The notes beneath the pieces are model-generated. The model did not search any database and had not been told where the DNA came from. It saw only the letters and a program-made list of their open reading frames with translations. Below, one piece after another: positions 30,101 to 37,504 of a DNA stretch of 64,000 nt; position 1 is the first letter of the stretch, and every line of letters begins with the position of its first letter. The position numbers and the translations under genes are program-made. This stretch comes from Candidatus Latescibacterota bacterium (GTDB taxonomy: Bacteria > Latescibacterota > UBA2968), in contig OZ241986.1 of NCBI GenBank assembly GCA_965204375.1, positions 4,512,001 through 4,576,000 of the forward strand. The letters run 5' to 3'.

Positions 30101-30390
30101 AAAAACCCAACCTGAACGCGGGCGAAATCGCACAAATCAAAAAAGTGGCCGTCAGCCTGCTCAAAAAACTAAAAGTTAGCAAACTGCGCGTTCACCAATG
30201 GTGCGAAAAAGAAGCGACCCGGGACGCCGTGCGGACATCCATCTATGACTTTCTCTTCAGCGACGAAACCGGCCTCCCTCACAAATACACAGAAAAGGAC
30301 ATAAAAACAAAAACCGAAGACGTCTTCCGCCACATCTACCGAGCCTACCCCAAATTACCATCGCCATATTACGACAATGCTGCCGCTTGA
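27130..30390 (+). CDS. hsdR: Type I R-M restriction subunit
   Basis: RADIIGFVNGLPLLFIECK nuclease, WHTQGAGKS, DRTDLDTQI, DEAHRTQ, GFTGTP, MWLTGFDVP, QAIARANR. Confidence 0.96.
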   Translation: MNPTPYTEDTLVQQTTAEYLEQQLGWESVYAYNSEDFGPDSLLGRASDREVVLTRYLLTALRTLNPGLPEDAYNDAIRQITSTTASQSIVATNREKYDFIRNGVPIKFRNANGEWVQERLRIFDFETPGNNHFLCVRELWIKGDLYRRRADIIGFVNGLPLLFIECKNIHRDLKAAYNGNYSDYRDTIPHIFHHNAIVLFGNGEKAKLGSITSEWDHFHEWKRLSEEEPGVVDMETLLKGVCNKRDFMDIIENFILFDDTSGETKKILARNHQFLGVNRAIEAVRDRKVRQGKLGVFWHTQGAGKSYSMVLFTRKVHRKLGGNFTFLVLTDRTDLDTQIYKTFAGCGVVDHDRDPCRAADGPHLNQLLTEHKSHIFSLIQKFNQEDIDPKKGYTQRDDIIVITDEAHRTQYGKLADNLRVALPNAAYIGFTGTPLFKDDQITRRVFGEYVSTYDFQRAVEDKATLPLYYDARGDKLGVAIDNLNERIAEKLEEAEISDIDEEQHLERELKRAYHIITAGKRLDQLARDFTRHYSAAWETGKAMLVCIDKITCVRMHRLIEFYWQEHIGKLETRLSRITDEEEKTDLQRKIEWMRETRAAVVISEEQGEIEKFNKWELDILPHRKLIKEGIDLPETMRNKPQYRNKQRMELDEAFKDEEHPFRIAIVCAMWLTGFDVPCLSTLYLDKPLKAHTLMQAIARANRVNENKNNGLIVDYCGVLVHLRQALATFAGTQPDGDNAPTDPAKPEEELLSDLAEAIALLRDFLDKRNAPLDDIIEKTGFLRNAAIVACKEAVNENDETRKRFEVMCREVFKKYKACVNVPNVNIHREDRDAIDIVYKSLQQDRVQADISEIIMELQRVVDAAIEPRLSNVAENPHPDEDRRPYDISQIDFERLKREFARIQEKNTTVQNLRQAVEQKLQRLLKQNPLRTDFQHHYEEIVAAYNREKDQITIERTFEALLKLVQELDEEENRAVREGLDEESLAIFDLLKKPNLNAGEIAQIKKVAVSLLKKLKVSKLRVHQWCEKEATRDAVRTSIYDFLFSDETGLPHKYTEKDIKTKTEDVFRHIYRAYPKLPSPYYDNAAA

Positions 30391-30441
30391 AGTGTGAAGG
30401 TAGAAGTTAGAAGTTAGAAAAAGGAAAGAGAAAGGAAGAAT
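30388..30441 (+). repeat. Heptamer array (left arm) starting in the hsdR stop codon
   Basis: tgaagtg tgaaggt agaagtt agaagtt agaaaaa ggaaaga, degenerating toward the ORF. Confidence 0.8.
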
Positions 30442-30798
30442 TTGAAATCGGATCTGCCAGAACGATCATTTGAGTTTGCAAAACGCATCGTAAAACTATG
30501 CCAATACCTGGATAAAAAACCAGGCGTTTCTCGAACGCTGGGGAACCAGCTATTGCGTTCGGGCACCTCAATTGGCGCAAATGTCGAAGAAGGGCAGGCC
30601 GCACAAAGCCAAGCAGACTTCATCAACAAATACAGCATCGCCTGTAAAGAAGCACGCGAAACACACTACTGGCTACGCATCCTAACCGCAACCAACCTGC
30701 TGCCATCAGACCGAATGGCTAAAATAGAACAAGAATGCAATGAACTCATCGCCATACTGACCAGCATCATAAAAAAAATGAAAAGCAAACAACCCTGA
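30442..30798 (+). CDS. Four-helix-bundle protein (23S rRNA IVS protein / Avd-like fold)
   Basis: RSFEFA, QLLRSGTSIGANVEEG, SQADFINK, KEARETHYWL motifs; TTG start. Confidence 0.92.
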   Translation: MKSDLPERSFEFAKRIVKLCQYLDKKPGVSRTLGNQLLRSGTSIGANVEEGQAAQSQADFINKYSIACKEARETHYWLRILTATNLLPSDRMAKIEQECNELIAILTSIIKKMKSKQP

Positions 30799-30940
30799 CT
30801 TTTCACTTCACCCTTTCACACTTCACACTTCCTACTTCACACTTCTCACTTCACACTTCCTACTTCACACTTCTCACTTCACACTTCTCACTTCACCCTT
30901 TCACACTTCACACTTCTCACTTCTCACTTCCCACTTCACC
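30798..30940 (-). repeat. ~20-unit heptamer array (ACTTCAC/ACTTCTC/ACTTCCT), inverted right arm
   Basis: Continuous 7-bp periodicity from the four-helix-bundle stop up to the next ATG. Confidence 0.95.
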
Positions 30941-32356
30941 ATGCCCAAAACCACCAACCGAAAAACCATCATCTCGTGGATGATGTATGACTTTGCGAAC
31001 TCGTCCTTTGCCAACAACGTCACCACATTTATCTACGCGGCGTTCTTCACCAAAGTCATTGCTGAAAATGAAATCATCGGCACGGCTTTATGGTCTCGCG
31101 GCGTCGGCATCATCATGCTCGTCGTCGCACTGCTATCGCCACCCCTCGGCGCGCTATCTGACCAGGGCGGCTATCGCAAACGCTTTTTAATATTCTTCAC
31201 ATTCCTCGCCGTCATCTTCACCGCACTCCTCTATTTCCCGCAAAAAGGGCAGGCCATCTATGCAATGACCCTGTACATCATCGCCTGTATCTGTTTTGAA
31301 ATGGGCATCGTATTTTACAACGCCTTCTTGCCCGACATTGCCCCGCCCGAACGCATCGGCCGCATATCGGGACAGGCCTGGGGCGTGGGATATTTCGGGG
31401 GCCTGCTCTCAATGGCCGTCCTCATGGTCGGCTTTGTATCCGCAGAAACCCCGTGGTTTGGCCTCACCAAAGAAACCCATGAACACATCCGGGCGACAAA
31501 CATCGGCGTTGCAATCTGGTTTGCCATCTTCAGTCTCCCAGCCCTCTTCTATTTACCCCAAACACCTGCGCGACAAACCGGCGACAAACTCAGTTTGGCT
31601 ACATCCTACCGACGCATCCTGCAAACCTTCCGCGAACTCCAGCGCTACCGGGAAATCTTCAAACTCCTGCTCGCGCGCTTGGTCTATAACGACGGCCTGA
31701 TCACCGTCTTTGCTTTCGGCGGCATTTACGCGGCAGGCACATTCGGATTCACATTTGAAGAAGTCCTCTTCTTCGGCATCATCGTCAACATCGCAGCAGG
31801 CATCGGCGCATGGTGTTTTGGGTACCTGGACGACCGTCTCGGCGGCAAACTCACCATCCAGATCACCCTCGTCGGATTCGTCATCGCAGCAATCATCGCC
31901 GTCCTCCCTCCTGAACTCTTCCGGATCTGGATTGAATTTGCATTATGGGATACAGGCCGTTTGATCGGCCTTTTTGTCGATCCAAACCAATCCGCCAGCC
32001 TATCGGCCATCCAATCATTCATTTTCGACAAAAAATTCCAATTCTGGATCGCGGGCATTCTCGTCGGCTTATTCGCCGGTCCCAACCAATCGGCCAGCCG
32101 CTCCCTCATGGGACGTTTTGTCCCCCCAAACAAAGAAACCGAATTTTACGGCTTCTACGCCTTCTCGGGAAAAGCCACCGCATTTCTCGGCCCCCTCCTC
32201 ATGGGCATCATCACACAAGCCTTTGGATCCCAGCGCTTCGGCATGGCAACCGTGGGCCTGTTCTTCATCATAGGCGGTCTCCTCTTGCGCACCGTTGACG
32301 AACAAAAAGGCATCCGCATGGCGCGTGAAAAAACGCCAACGGAAACAGACGCCTGA
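30941..32356 (+). CDS. MFS transporter (UMF1/ATG22-like)
   Basis: WMMYDFANS, FYNAFLPDIA, GRISG, YNDG, QSASRS, EFYGFY; ~12 TM. Confidence 0.9.
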   Translation: MPKTTNRKTIISWMMYDFANSSFANNVTTFIYAAFFTKVIAENEIIGTALWSRGVGIIMLVVALLSPPLGALSDQGGYRKRFLIFFTFLAVIFTALLYFPQKGQAIYAMTLYIIACICFEMGIVFYNAFLPDIAPPERIGRISGQAWGVGYFGGLLSMAVLMVGFVSAETPWFGLTKETHEHIRATNIGVAIWFAIFSLPALFYLPQTPARQTGDKLSLATSYRRILQTFRELQRYREIFKLLLARLVYNDGLITVFAFGGIYAAGTFGFTFEEVLFFGIIVNIAAGIGAWCFGYLDDRLGGKLTIQITLVGFVIAAIIAVLPPELFRIWIEFALWDTGRLIGLFVDPNQSASLSAIQSFIFDKKFQFWIAGILVGLFAGPNQSASRSLMGRFVPPNKETEFYGFYAFSGKATAFLGPLLMGIITQAFGSQRFGMATVGLFFIIGGLLLRTVDEQKGIRMAREKTPTETDA

Positions 32357-32399
32357 CACTGGATCACCCTACCGAAATACTTCAAAATAGAAATTCCCC

Positions 32400-32456
32400 T
32401 TGACAATTATTTGTAATATTGTCATATTTTACTATGACAATAGGACGATATGACAA
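32400..32456 (+). promoter_or_regulatory. -35 TTGACA plus palindromic operator TATTGTCATA-N6-TATGACAATA
   Basis: Perfect 10-bp inverted repeat at 32417-32442 and an extra half-site at 32449-32456, upstream of GntR. Confidence 0.7.
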
Positions 32457-32488
32457 GCGTATTCTAAAACATAAGGTATAATCCCAAG

Positions 32489-32872
32489 ATGAATTTTGAA
32501 TTAGATCCCAAAAGCGGTATCCCTTTCTATCGCCAGATCATTGACCAGATTCGTTATGGCATTGCTGCGGGCAGATTGAAAGTAGGAGACCAATTACCCA
32601 CCGTTCGCGCTCTGGCCGTAGAACTCAAGGTCAATCTCAACACCATCAGCAAAGCCTATAGGGAACTGGAAATTAAAAACATTCTGGAGACCCAGCAGGG
32701 TTCAGGAACGTTTATCGCGCCAGTAAAAGTAGAGATCCCCGACAACGAAAGGGAAAAAAAACTGGCGGGTATATGCAATGAATTCCAGAGCATTGCTGCA
32801 GCCTACGGATTCAATCTTGAAGACTTAATCAAAGAACTGAAACAACGAAAAGGAGCAGATCATGAACGATAA
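32489..32872 (+). CDS. GntR family regulator (YtrA subfamily)
   Basis: PFYRQIIDQI, GDQLPTVRALA, NLNTISKAYREL, GSGTF; short C-domain. Confidence 0.93.
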   Translation: MNFELDPKSGIPFYRQIIDQIRYGIAAGRLKVGDQLPTVRALAVELKVNLNTISKAYRELEIKNILETQQGSGTFIAPVKVEIPDNEREKKLAGICNEFQSIAAAYGFNLEDLIKELKQRKGADHER

Positions 32873-33773
32873 AATTCCTCTGAACAAGCATGTCAATCTC
32901 GTCTCGATCTTCATTTTCGTCATCCTCACGCTGGCAAACGCAATCCTATTCTATTCGGAACTGATCTCTCTAACCATCGCCCTGATCGGACTGGCTGCTA
33001 CGCTATTCATCGCCGCCACATTGAAAATCTCTGACCAGTGGGAAAAGGCCGTGGTCTTGCGTATGGGAAAATTTATTGGATTAAAAGGTCCGGGTTGGTT
33101 TCTCATCATTCCCATCATCGACCGGGTCGATAAATATATCGACCAGCGAGTCCGGGTTACTGACATTAGAGCCGACTCTACCCTGACAAAAGACACTGTC
33201 CCGGTCAACGTCGATGCCGTCGTCTATTGGACCGTTTGGGATGCTGAAAAAGCCGCCCTCGAAGTTCAAGAATACGAATACGCCGTTTCACTCGTCTCCC
33301 GGACTGGTCTGCGCGACATCATCGGCAAACACGAATTGGCAGATCTCCTGCAAAATCGAGAAAAAATCGCCGAAGCCCTGCAACAGACCCTCGACGAAAC
33401 GACCAGTTCCTGGGGCATAACCTGTCAGACTGTAGGCATCAAAGACATCGTTATACCACCCGACCTTGCAGACGCCATGAGCAAACAAGCCCAGGCAGAA
33501 AGGGAACGCCAGGCCCGGATCATCCTGGGCACAGCCGAAACCGAAATCTCAGAAAAATTCTCCCAGGCCAGCGAAAACTATCACAATAACCCCGTTGCCC
33601 TTCAACTGCGCGGTATGAACATGCTCTTTGAAGGACTAAAAGAAAAAGGCTCTCTGGTAATCGTACCGAGTTCCGCCCTGGAATCGATGAACCTGGGGGC
33701 TATTGGGGGACTGACCGCCCTTGCTGAGAACAACACAGACCAAACACCCGACCCGACTGAAAAGACGGCTTAA
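32862..33773 (+). CDS. SPFH/stomatin (slipin) family membrane protein
   Basis: WEKAVVLRMG, TKDTVPVNVDAVVY, AMSKQAQAERERQAR. Confidence 0.92.
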   Translation: MNDKIPLNKHVNLVSIFIFVILTLANAILFYSELISLTIALIGLAATLFIAATLKISDQWEKAVVLRMGKFIGLKGPGWFLIIPIIDRVDKYIDQRVRVTDIRADSTLTKDTVPVNVDAVVYWTVWDAEKAALEVQEYEYAVSLVSRTGLRDIIGKHELADLLQNREKIAEALQQTLDETTSSWGITCQTVGIKDIVIPPDLADAMSKQAQAERERQARIILGTAETEISEKFSQASENYHNNPVALQLRGMNMLFEGLKEKGSLVIVPSSALESMNLGAIGGLTALAENNTDQTPDPTEKTA

Positions 33774-33792
33774 ACACCACCGGGAAAGACAC

Positions 33793-33823
33793 AAAAAAAG
33801 CCGCTCAAACGAGCGGCTTTTGC
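33793..33823. terminator. Bidirectional intrinsic terminator (copy 1 of 3)
   Basis: aaaaaaagccgctc-aaac-gagcggcttttg between convergent genes; near-identical copies at 40573 and 46012. Confidence 0.85.
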
Positions 33824-33838
33824 GTAAAGAACACAGGA

Positions 33839-34669
33839 TCACTCCACCCGAAAAACCACAGAATCCGCGGCCATAGAAGCGAACAACCCAATCCCCCCCT
33901 TCACATGGAACTGCGGCTCATCTAACGCCGCTTCATCTTGCGCGCTCGAAATCAAATAATCGCCGTAATTCTCATCCAGCGCATAGACCAGAAATGAGTA
34001 TATGCCATAATACGAAAACTGTCTCGAATTTAAGGTCAACGCGCGCCCCTGCAAAAAACGCCATTGATCTGCCCGGGCAATACTATCCCGCAACGCGCCC
34101 AGCCCTGTGGTATCCACTGCGCCGCCAAACCCCCCACCAAATCTTCCAAACTGAGTCGCCAGCGGAATTTGCTCCAATAGCTCCACAGACTTGCGCGTCG
34201 TAACATATCCACCCTTTGTCTCACCCTCCCATGTGACCCGATACGCATCACCCCCAATCAGCAACGTAGATGTGCCCGAAACATGCGGCGCAACCGGCAC
34301 CGTCGTCTGCGCCGTCGCTGTACCCAACCCCGTCGTAACAGACAAGTAATAGGTCTTACCCGATTCAACAATCAGATCCGATTGCGCGTAATAACCCGGC
34401 CTATCCACCACAGGTGACAACTCGTACGACACCCCATCCACCTCAATCGTCACCAGCGCATCCGACAGCGCACTCGCCTCCCGATCATACACGCTGGAAA
34501 GCGGCATCGTTGTACCCACAAACAAATCGGACACAGGACTCCCCGCCCGCAAATAACCCTCGACATAAACCGTCTCTCGAAACTCCCCCAACGACTCAGT
34601 CGGCGCCGTGCTACAACCCCCAGCACCAAGACCGAGAACAAAACAAAATATCCATTGTATTTTTTTCAT
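33839..34669 (-). CDS. DUF4249-like lipoprotein, TonB receptor partner
   Basis: Lipobox-like LGAGGC, VYVEGYL, GKTYYLSV, GGIGLF; directly downstream of TBDR. Confidence 0.78.
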   Translation of the reverse strand: MKKIQWIFCFVLGLGAGGCSTAPTESLGEFRETVYVEGYLRAGSPVSDLFVGTTMPLSSVYDREASALSDALVTIEVDGVSYELSPVVDRPGYYAQSDLIVESGKTYYLSVTTGLGTATAQTTVPVAPHVSGTSTLLIGGDAYRVTWEGETKGGYVTTRKSVELLEQIPLATQFGRFGGGFGGAVDTTGLGALRDSIARADQWRFLQGRALTLNSRQFSYYGIYSFLVYALDENYGDYLISSAQDEAALDEPQFHVKGGIGLFASMAADSVVFRVE

Positions 34670-34700
34670 CCCAAATTCCTCTGCATTAATATCGCAATGA

Positions 34701-34761
34701 CGGGTAACCACGGGCGGTGTACAACTGGTCGCAGTCCAGACCAGTTCACGGTTGCCCCTAC
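34701..34761 (-). repeat. GTAG REP interrupted by a nested hairpin insert
   Basis: gtaggggcaACCG-tgaactggtctggactgcgaccagttgtac-ACCGcccgtggttaccc. Confidence 0.65.
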
Positions 34762-34789
34762 AATCAGACGAATGATTTTTCACCCTATG

Positions 34790-34848
34790 TTTCATCTGTG
34801 TCCATCTGCGTAAAACGCTCGAATTACTCGCGTTTTTTCTGCGGATCA
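34790..34848 (-). repeat. ~60-bp TGATCCGCAGA...ACGCAGAT repeat with GCGAGTAATTCGAGC core
   Basis: Matches 56884-56941; core-less copy at 51157-51194; core alone at 16164. Confidence 0.8.
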
Positions 34849-37299
34849 CATATTAAAACGAAAACCAACACTCGGCAAAATCGGCTGAAGAAGCACATCC
34901 TGCACCTGAATCTCAGCCTCTGTCGCATCAAACGAGCGATACCACACATTGCGCCGATTATAGACATTGAACACACTGAACACCAGCTGCCCCCCAACGC
35001 CACCCCACCTGAAATCGCGCGTAATACCCAGATCCATGCGGTGATACGCCGGCAACCGATAGGCATTCTTCTCCGACACATGGACATAGGGAATAGACTG
35101 CCCCGTTGGCTGCTGCACCTCATAACGCGCCTCGGGAAGCGTATATGCCTGCCCCGTACCATAAACCCAATTGGCATTCAGATTCCAGCCCCTGCCCAGA
35201 TAATAATCCGTCACAACAGAAACATCGTGGCGCCGGTCGTACTTTGGCGGAAACGGATTGCCCTGGTTCAAAGCGGCAAAAGTATGCTCTGTCTTACTCA
35301 ACGTATATCCAATCCAACCCTTCAAACGCCCCTCAGTCTTCCGAAGCAAAAACTCCCCACCATAAGATCTTCCCGAACCAGTCGCGAACAAATCGGACAG
35401 CGGCGTCGAATCGCTCAGACGAACCTGGGACTGAAACGCCACAAGATCATCCATCTCCTTGTGATAAAATTCCAGATCAACCTGCCAGCTTTCACCCGGC
35501 GTCAACATAAGGCCAAACGCATTGTGAACAGCTTTCCCCGGCGTCAAAGTCTCATCCACCGGCAGCCACATATCCGTCGTATAAGTATTGGCCTCAATCG
35601 AAATCAAATTGACAAACTGGTGATAAATGCCCCAACCGCCCTTAAACGCGATCCTATCATCCAGTTGAAACAAACCCGCCACCCGCGGAGACCAGCGGGT
35701 ATAATTGCCACTCTGGAAATGACTCACGCGCACCCCAGGCGTCAACTCCAGACGCCCCCAGCGCATCGTATGCTCGAGAAAACCCGTCTGATAAAAAGAC
35801 GACGTATTAATCTGTGACCGGGTCGAATCGCCCACGCCCTGCTTGTAAAAAGCGTCATACGATGTAAATTGGGCACCCACGCGCGTCGTGTGAAAAGGAC
35901 CCGAATAAAGATCAAACGTCAACTTTGCCGTCAAATCGTTCAACTCATTATTGCGATTCAATGCAAAGCCACGCCGTCCGCCTCCACCTTGTCCCGCCTG
36001 ATCACTATTGACAGCCTCGTTTTGATTGGTCGCAACATCAAAATTGGACAGATATCGACTCGCCGAAACCTGCACATTGCCGATCAAATTATCCGTGTAA
36101 ATATGCAACCACTTAAACCGCGCAATCCGATTGCCCCAATCCATGAGCTGATCGCGCGTCTGCTCTCGAAAAGACGGCAGCGACAGATTCAGCGCATCAT
36201 TGCCCATATATCCACTCACCGAAACCCGGTCATTGTCAGACACATCTAAATTGAGCTTGAAATTCGTATCGTAGAACCCATAATCCTGTCCAAAATCGCT
36301 CGTCTGCTGCTGAAAATTGAACCGCGCCTGCCCAAAGCGTCCCCCACCTTGCCGTCTCCCAAAGCCGCCACCTCCCAATCCCCCCGGCCCACCGCCAGTA
36401 ACTGGAGCCGTGCCAATGGTGCCAATGCGCGTACTGAACATTTCATCCACGATATGATCAAACAGCGGCGAATTTAAAACCTCTTGATATGTGCGCCGCC
36501 CCGAAAACATCCACGAACCGCGATCACCCACTGGCCCACCAACCGTCAACCCCGCACTGATCAAATCCATGGACGCCCGCGCATCAAAAGACTTCCGGTT
36601 ACCATCCAAATTTGTAATATCCAGCACACTCGACAGGCGGTCGCCATACCGCGCGGGAAACGTCCCCTTAATCAGAGTGACATCCTTCAACGCATCGGGA
36701 TTAAACGTACTAAAAAACCCAAACAAATGATTCGGATTATAGACCACCACATCATCTAACAGAATCAAATTTTGTCCCGGCGTGCCCCCGCGCACATACA
36801 AACCCGCAGAATTTTCACTCGCGGCCTGCACGCCCGGAAGCAATTGAATCCCGCGCATCAAATCGGGCTGCCCCACCGTCGGAATACGCGCCAACTCCGT
36901 CACCCGTGTGCCAAACGCACTCACAGGCGTCACCTCAGTCGGTGCCACGCGCTCGCCTATGGCCTCGATCTCCTCACCCATCAACTCCGCAGGCTCCAAC
37001 TCAATCACAATCCGCGCGGTCTCACCCTGTATAACCACGACCTGAACAGACCGGCTCTCATAGCCGATATAACTCGCCGAAACCCTGTGCAAACCCGGCG
37101 ACAGATTCCCAATGACAAAATAACCGGCCTTATCTGTCGCCACACCAATGTGCAAACTGTCAATCACAACATTGGCATTCGGCAGAGTCTCGCCATTGGA
37201 AGCATCGCGCACCGTACCCCGTACCGCACCCTGACCATACGCCTGTGTACTGATGGCAAGACATACAACGCACAAAAACAACTGCACAATCCTCTTCAT
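34846..37299 (-). CDS. TonB-dependent receptor
   Basis: Signal peptide, carboxypeptidase-regulatory-like N-domain, plug LPGVQ...YVRGG...NPNHLFG, barrel, FNVYNRRN, C-terminal GFRFNM. Confidence 0.93.
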   Translation of the reverse strand: MKRIVQLFLCVVCLAISTQAYGQGAVRGTVRDASNGETLPNANVVIDSLHIGVATDKAGYFVIGNLSPGLHRVSASYIGYESRSVQVVVIQGETARIVIELEPAELMGEEIEAIGERVAPTEVTPVSAFGTRVTELARIPTVGQPDLMRGIQLLPGVQAASENSAGLYVRGGTPGQNLILLDDVVVYNPNHLFGFFSTFNPDALKDVTLIKGTFPARYGDRLSSVLDITNLDGNRKSFDARASMDLISAGLTVGGPVGDRGSWMFSGRRTYQEVLNSPLFDHIVDEMFSTRIGTIGTAPVTGGGPGGLGGGGFGRRQGGGRFGQARFNFQQQTSDFGQDYGFYDTNFKLNLDVSDNDRVSVSGYMGNDALNLSLPSFREQTRDQLMDWGNRIARFKWLHIYTDNLIGNVQVSASRYLSNFDVATNQNEAVNSDQAGQGGGGRRGFALNRNNELNDLTAKLTFDLYSGPFHTTRVGAQFTSYDAFYKQGVGDSTRSQINTSSFYQTGFLEHTMRWGRLELTPGVRVSHFQSGNYTRWSPRVAGLFQLDDRIAFKGGWGIYHQFVNLISIEANTYTTDMWLPVDETLTPGKAVHNAFGLMLTPGESWQVDLEFYHKEMDDLVAFQSQVRLSDSTPLSDLFATGSGRSYGGEFLLRKTEGRLKGWIGYTLSKTEHTFAALNQGNPFPPKYDRRHDVSVVTDYYLGRGWNLNANWVYGTGQAYTLPEARYEVQQPTGQSIPYVHVSEKNAYRLPAYHRMDLGITRDFRWGGVGGQLVFSVFNVYNRRNVWYRSFDATEAEIQVQDVLLQPILPSVGFRFNM

Positions 37300-37430
37300 G
37301 GTCTCTCCTTTTCCCCTCCCAAGGACGGTTTTGAAATAATCCTCCCTTCTGACATTTCTTAGATTCACAGAATGACTTTTCCGTTCCCCATTTTCTGTAC
37401 AAAAATTGTTAAGATTCTGTTAAAATCCGT

Positions 37431-37468
37431 AAAAAAAACGCGCCCATTTCTCAATGGACGCGCTTTAT
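37431..37468 (-). terminator. Terminator hairpin (duplicated at 40445-40478)
   Basis: aaaacgcgcccatt-tctc-aatggacgcgcttt with T-run on minus strand. Confidence 0.75.
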
Positions 37469-37504
37469 ACTTCGATTCGACGGGTTAGGTACAGAAAAAG
37501 GTGG

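Noticed and set aside
30388-30940. CRISPR array or DGR at the heptamer/Avd-like locus
   Set aside because: No repeat-spacer structure, cas genes, reverse transcriptase or TR/VR pair in the window
34717-35817. Long antisense ORFs (also 46488-47450, 50112-51164, 53197-54072, 60021-61310)
   Set aside because: Shadows of well-supported genes on the opposite strand, with no recognisable motifs
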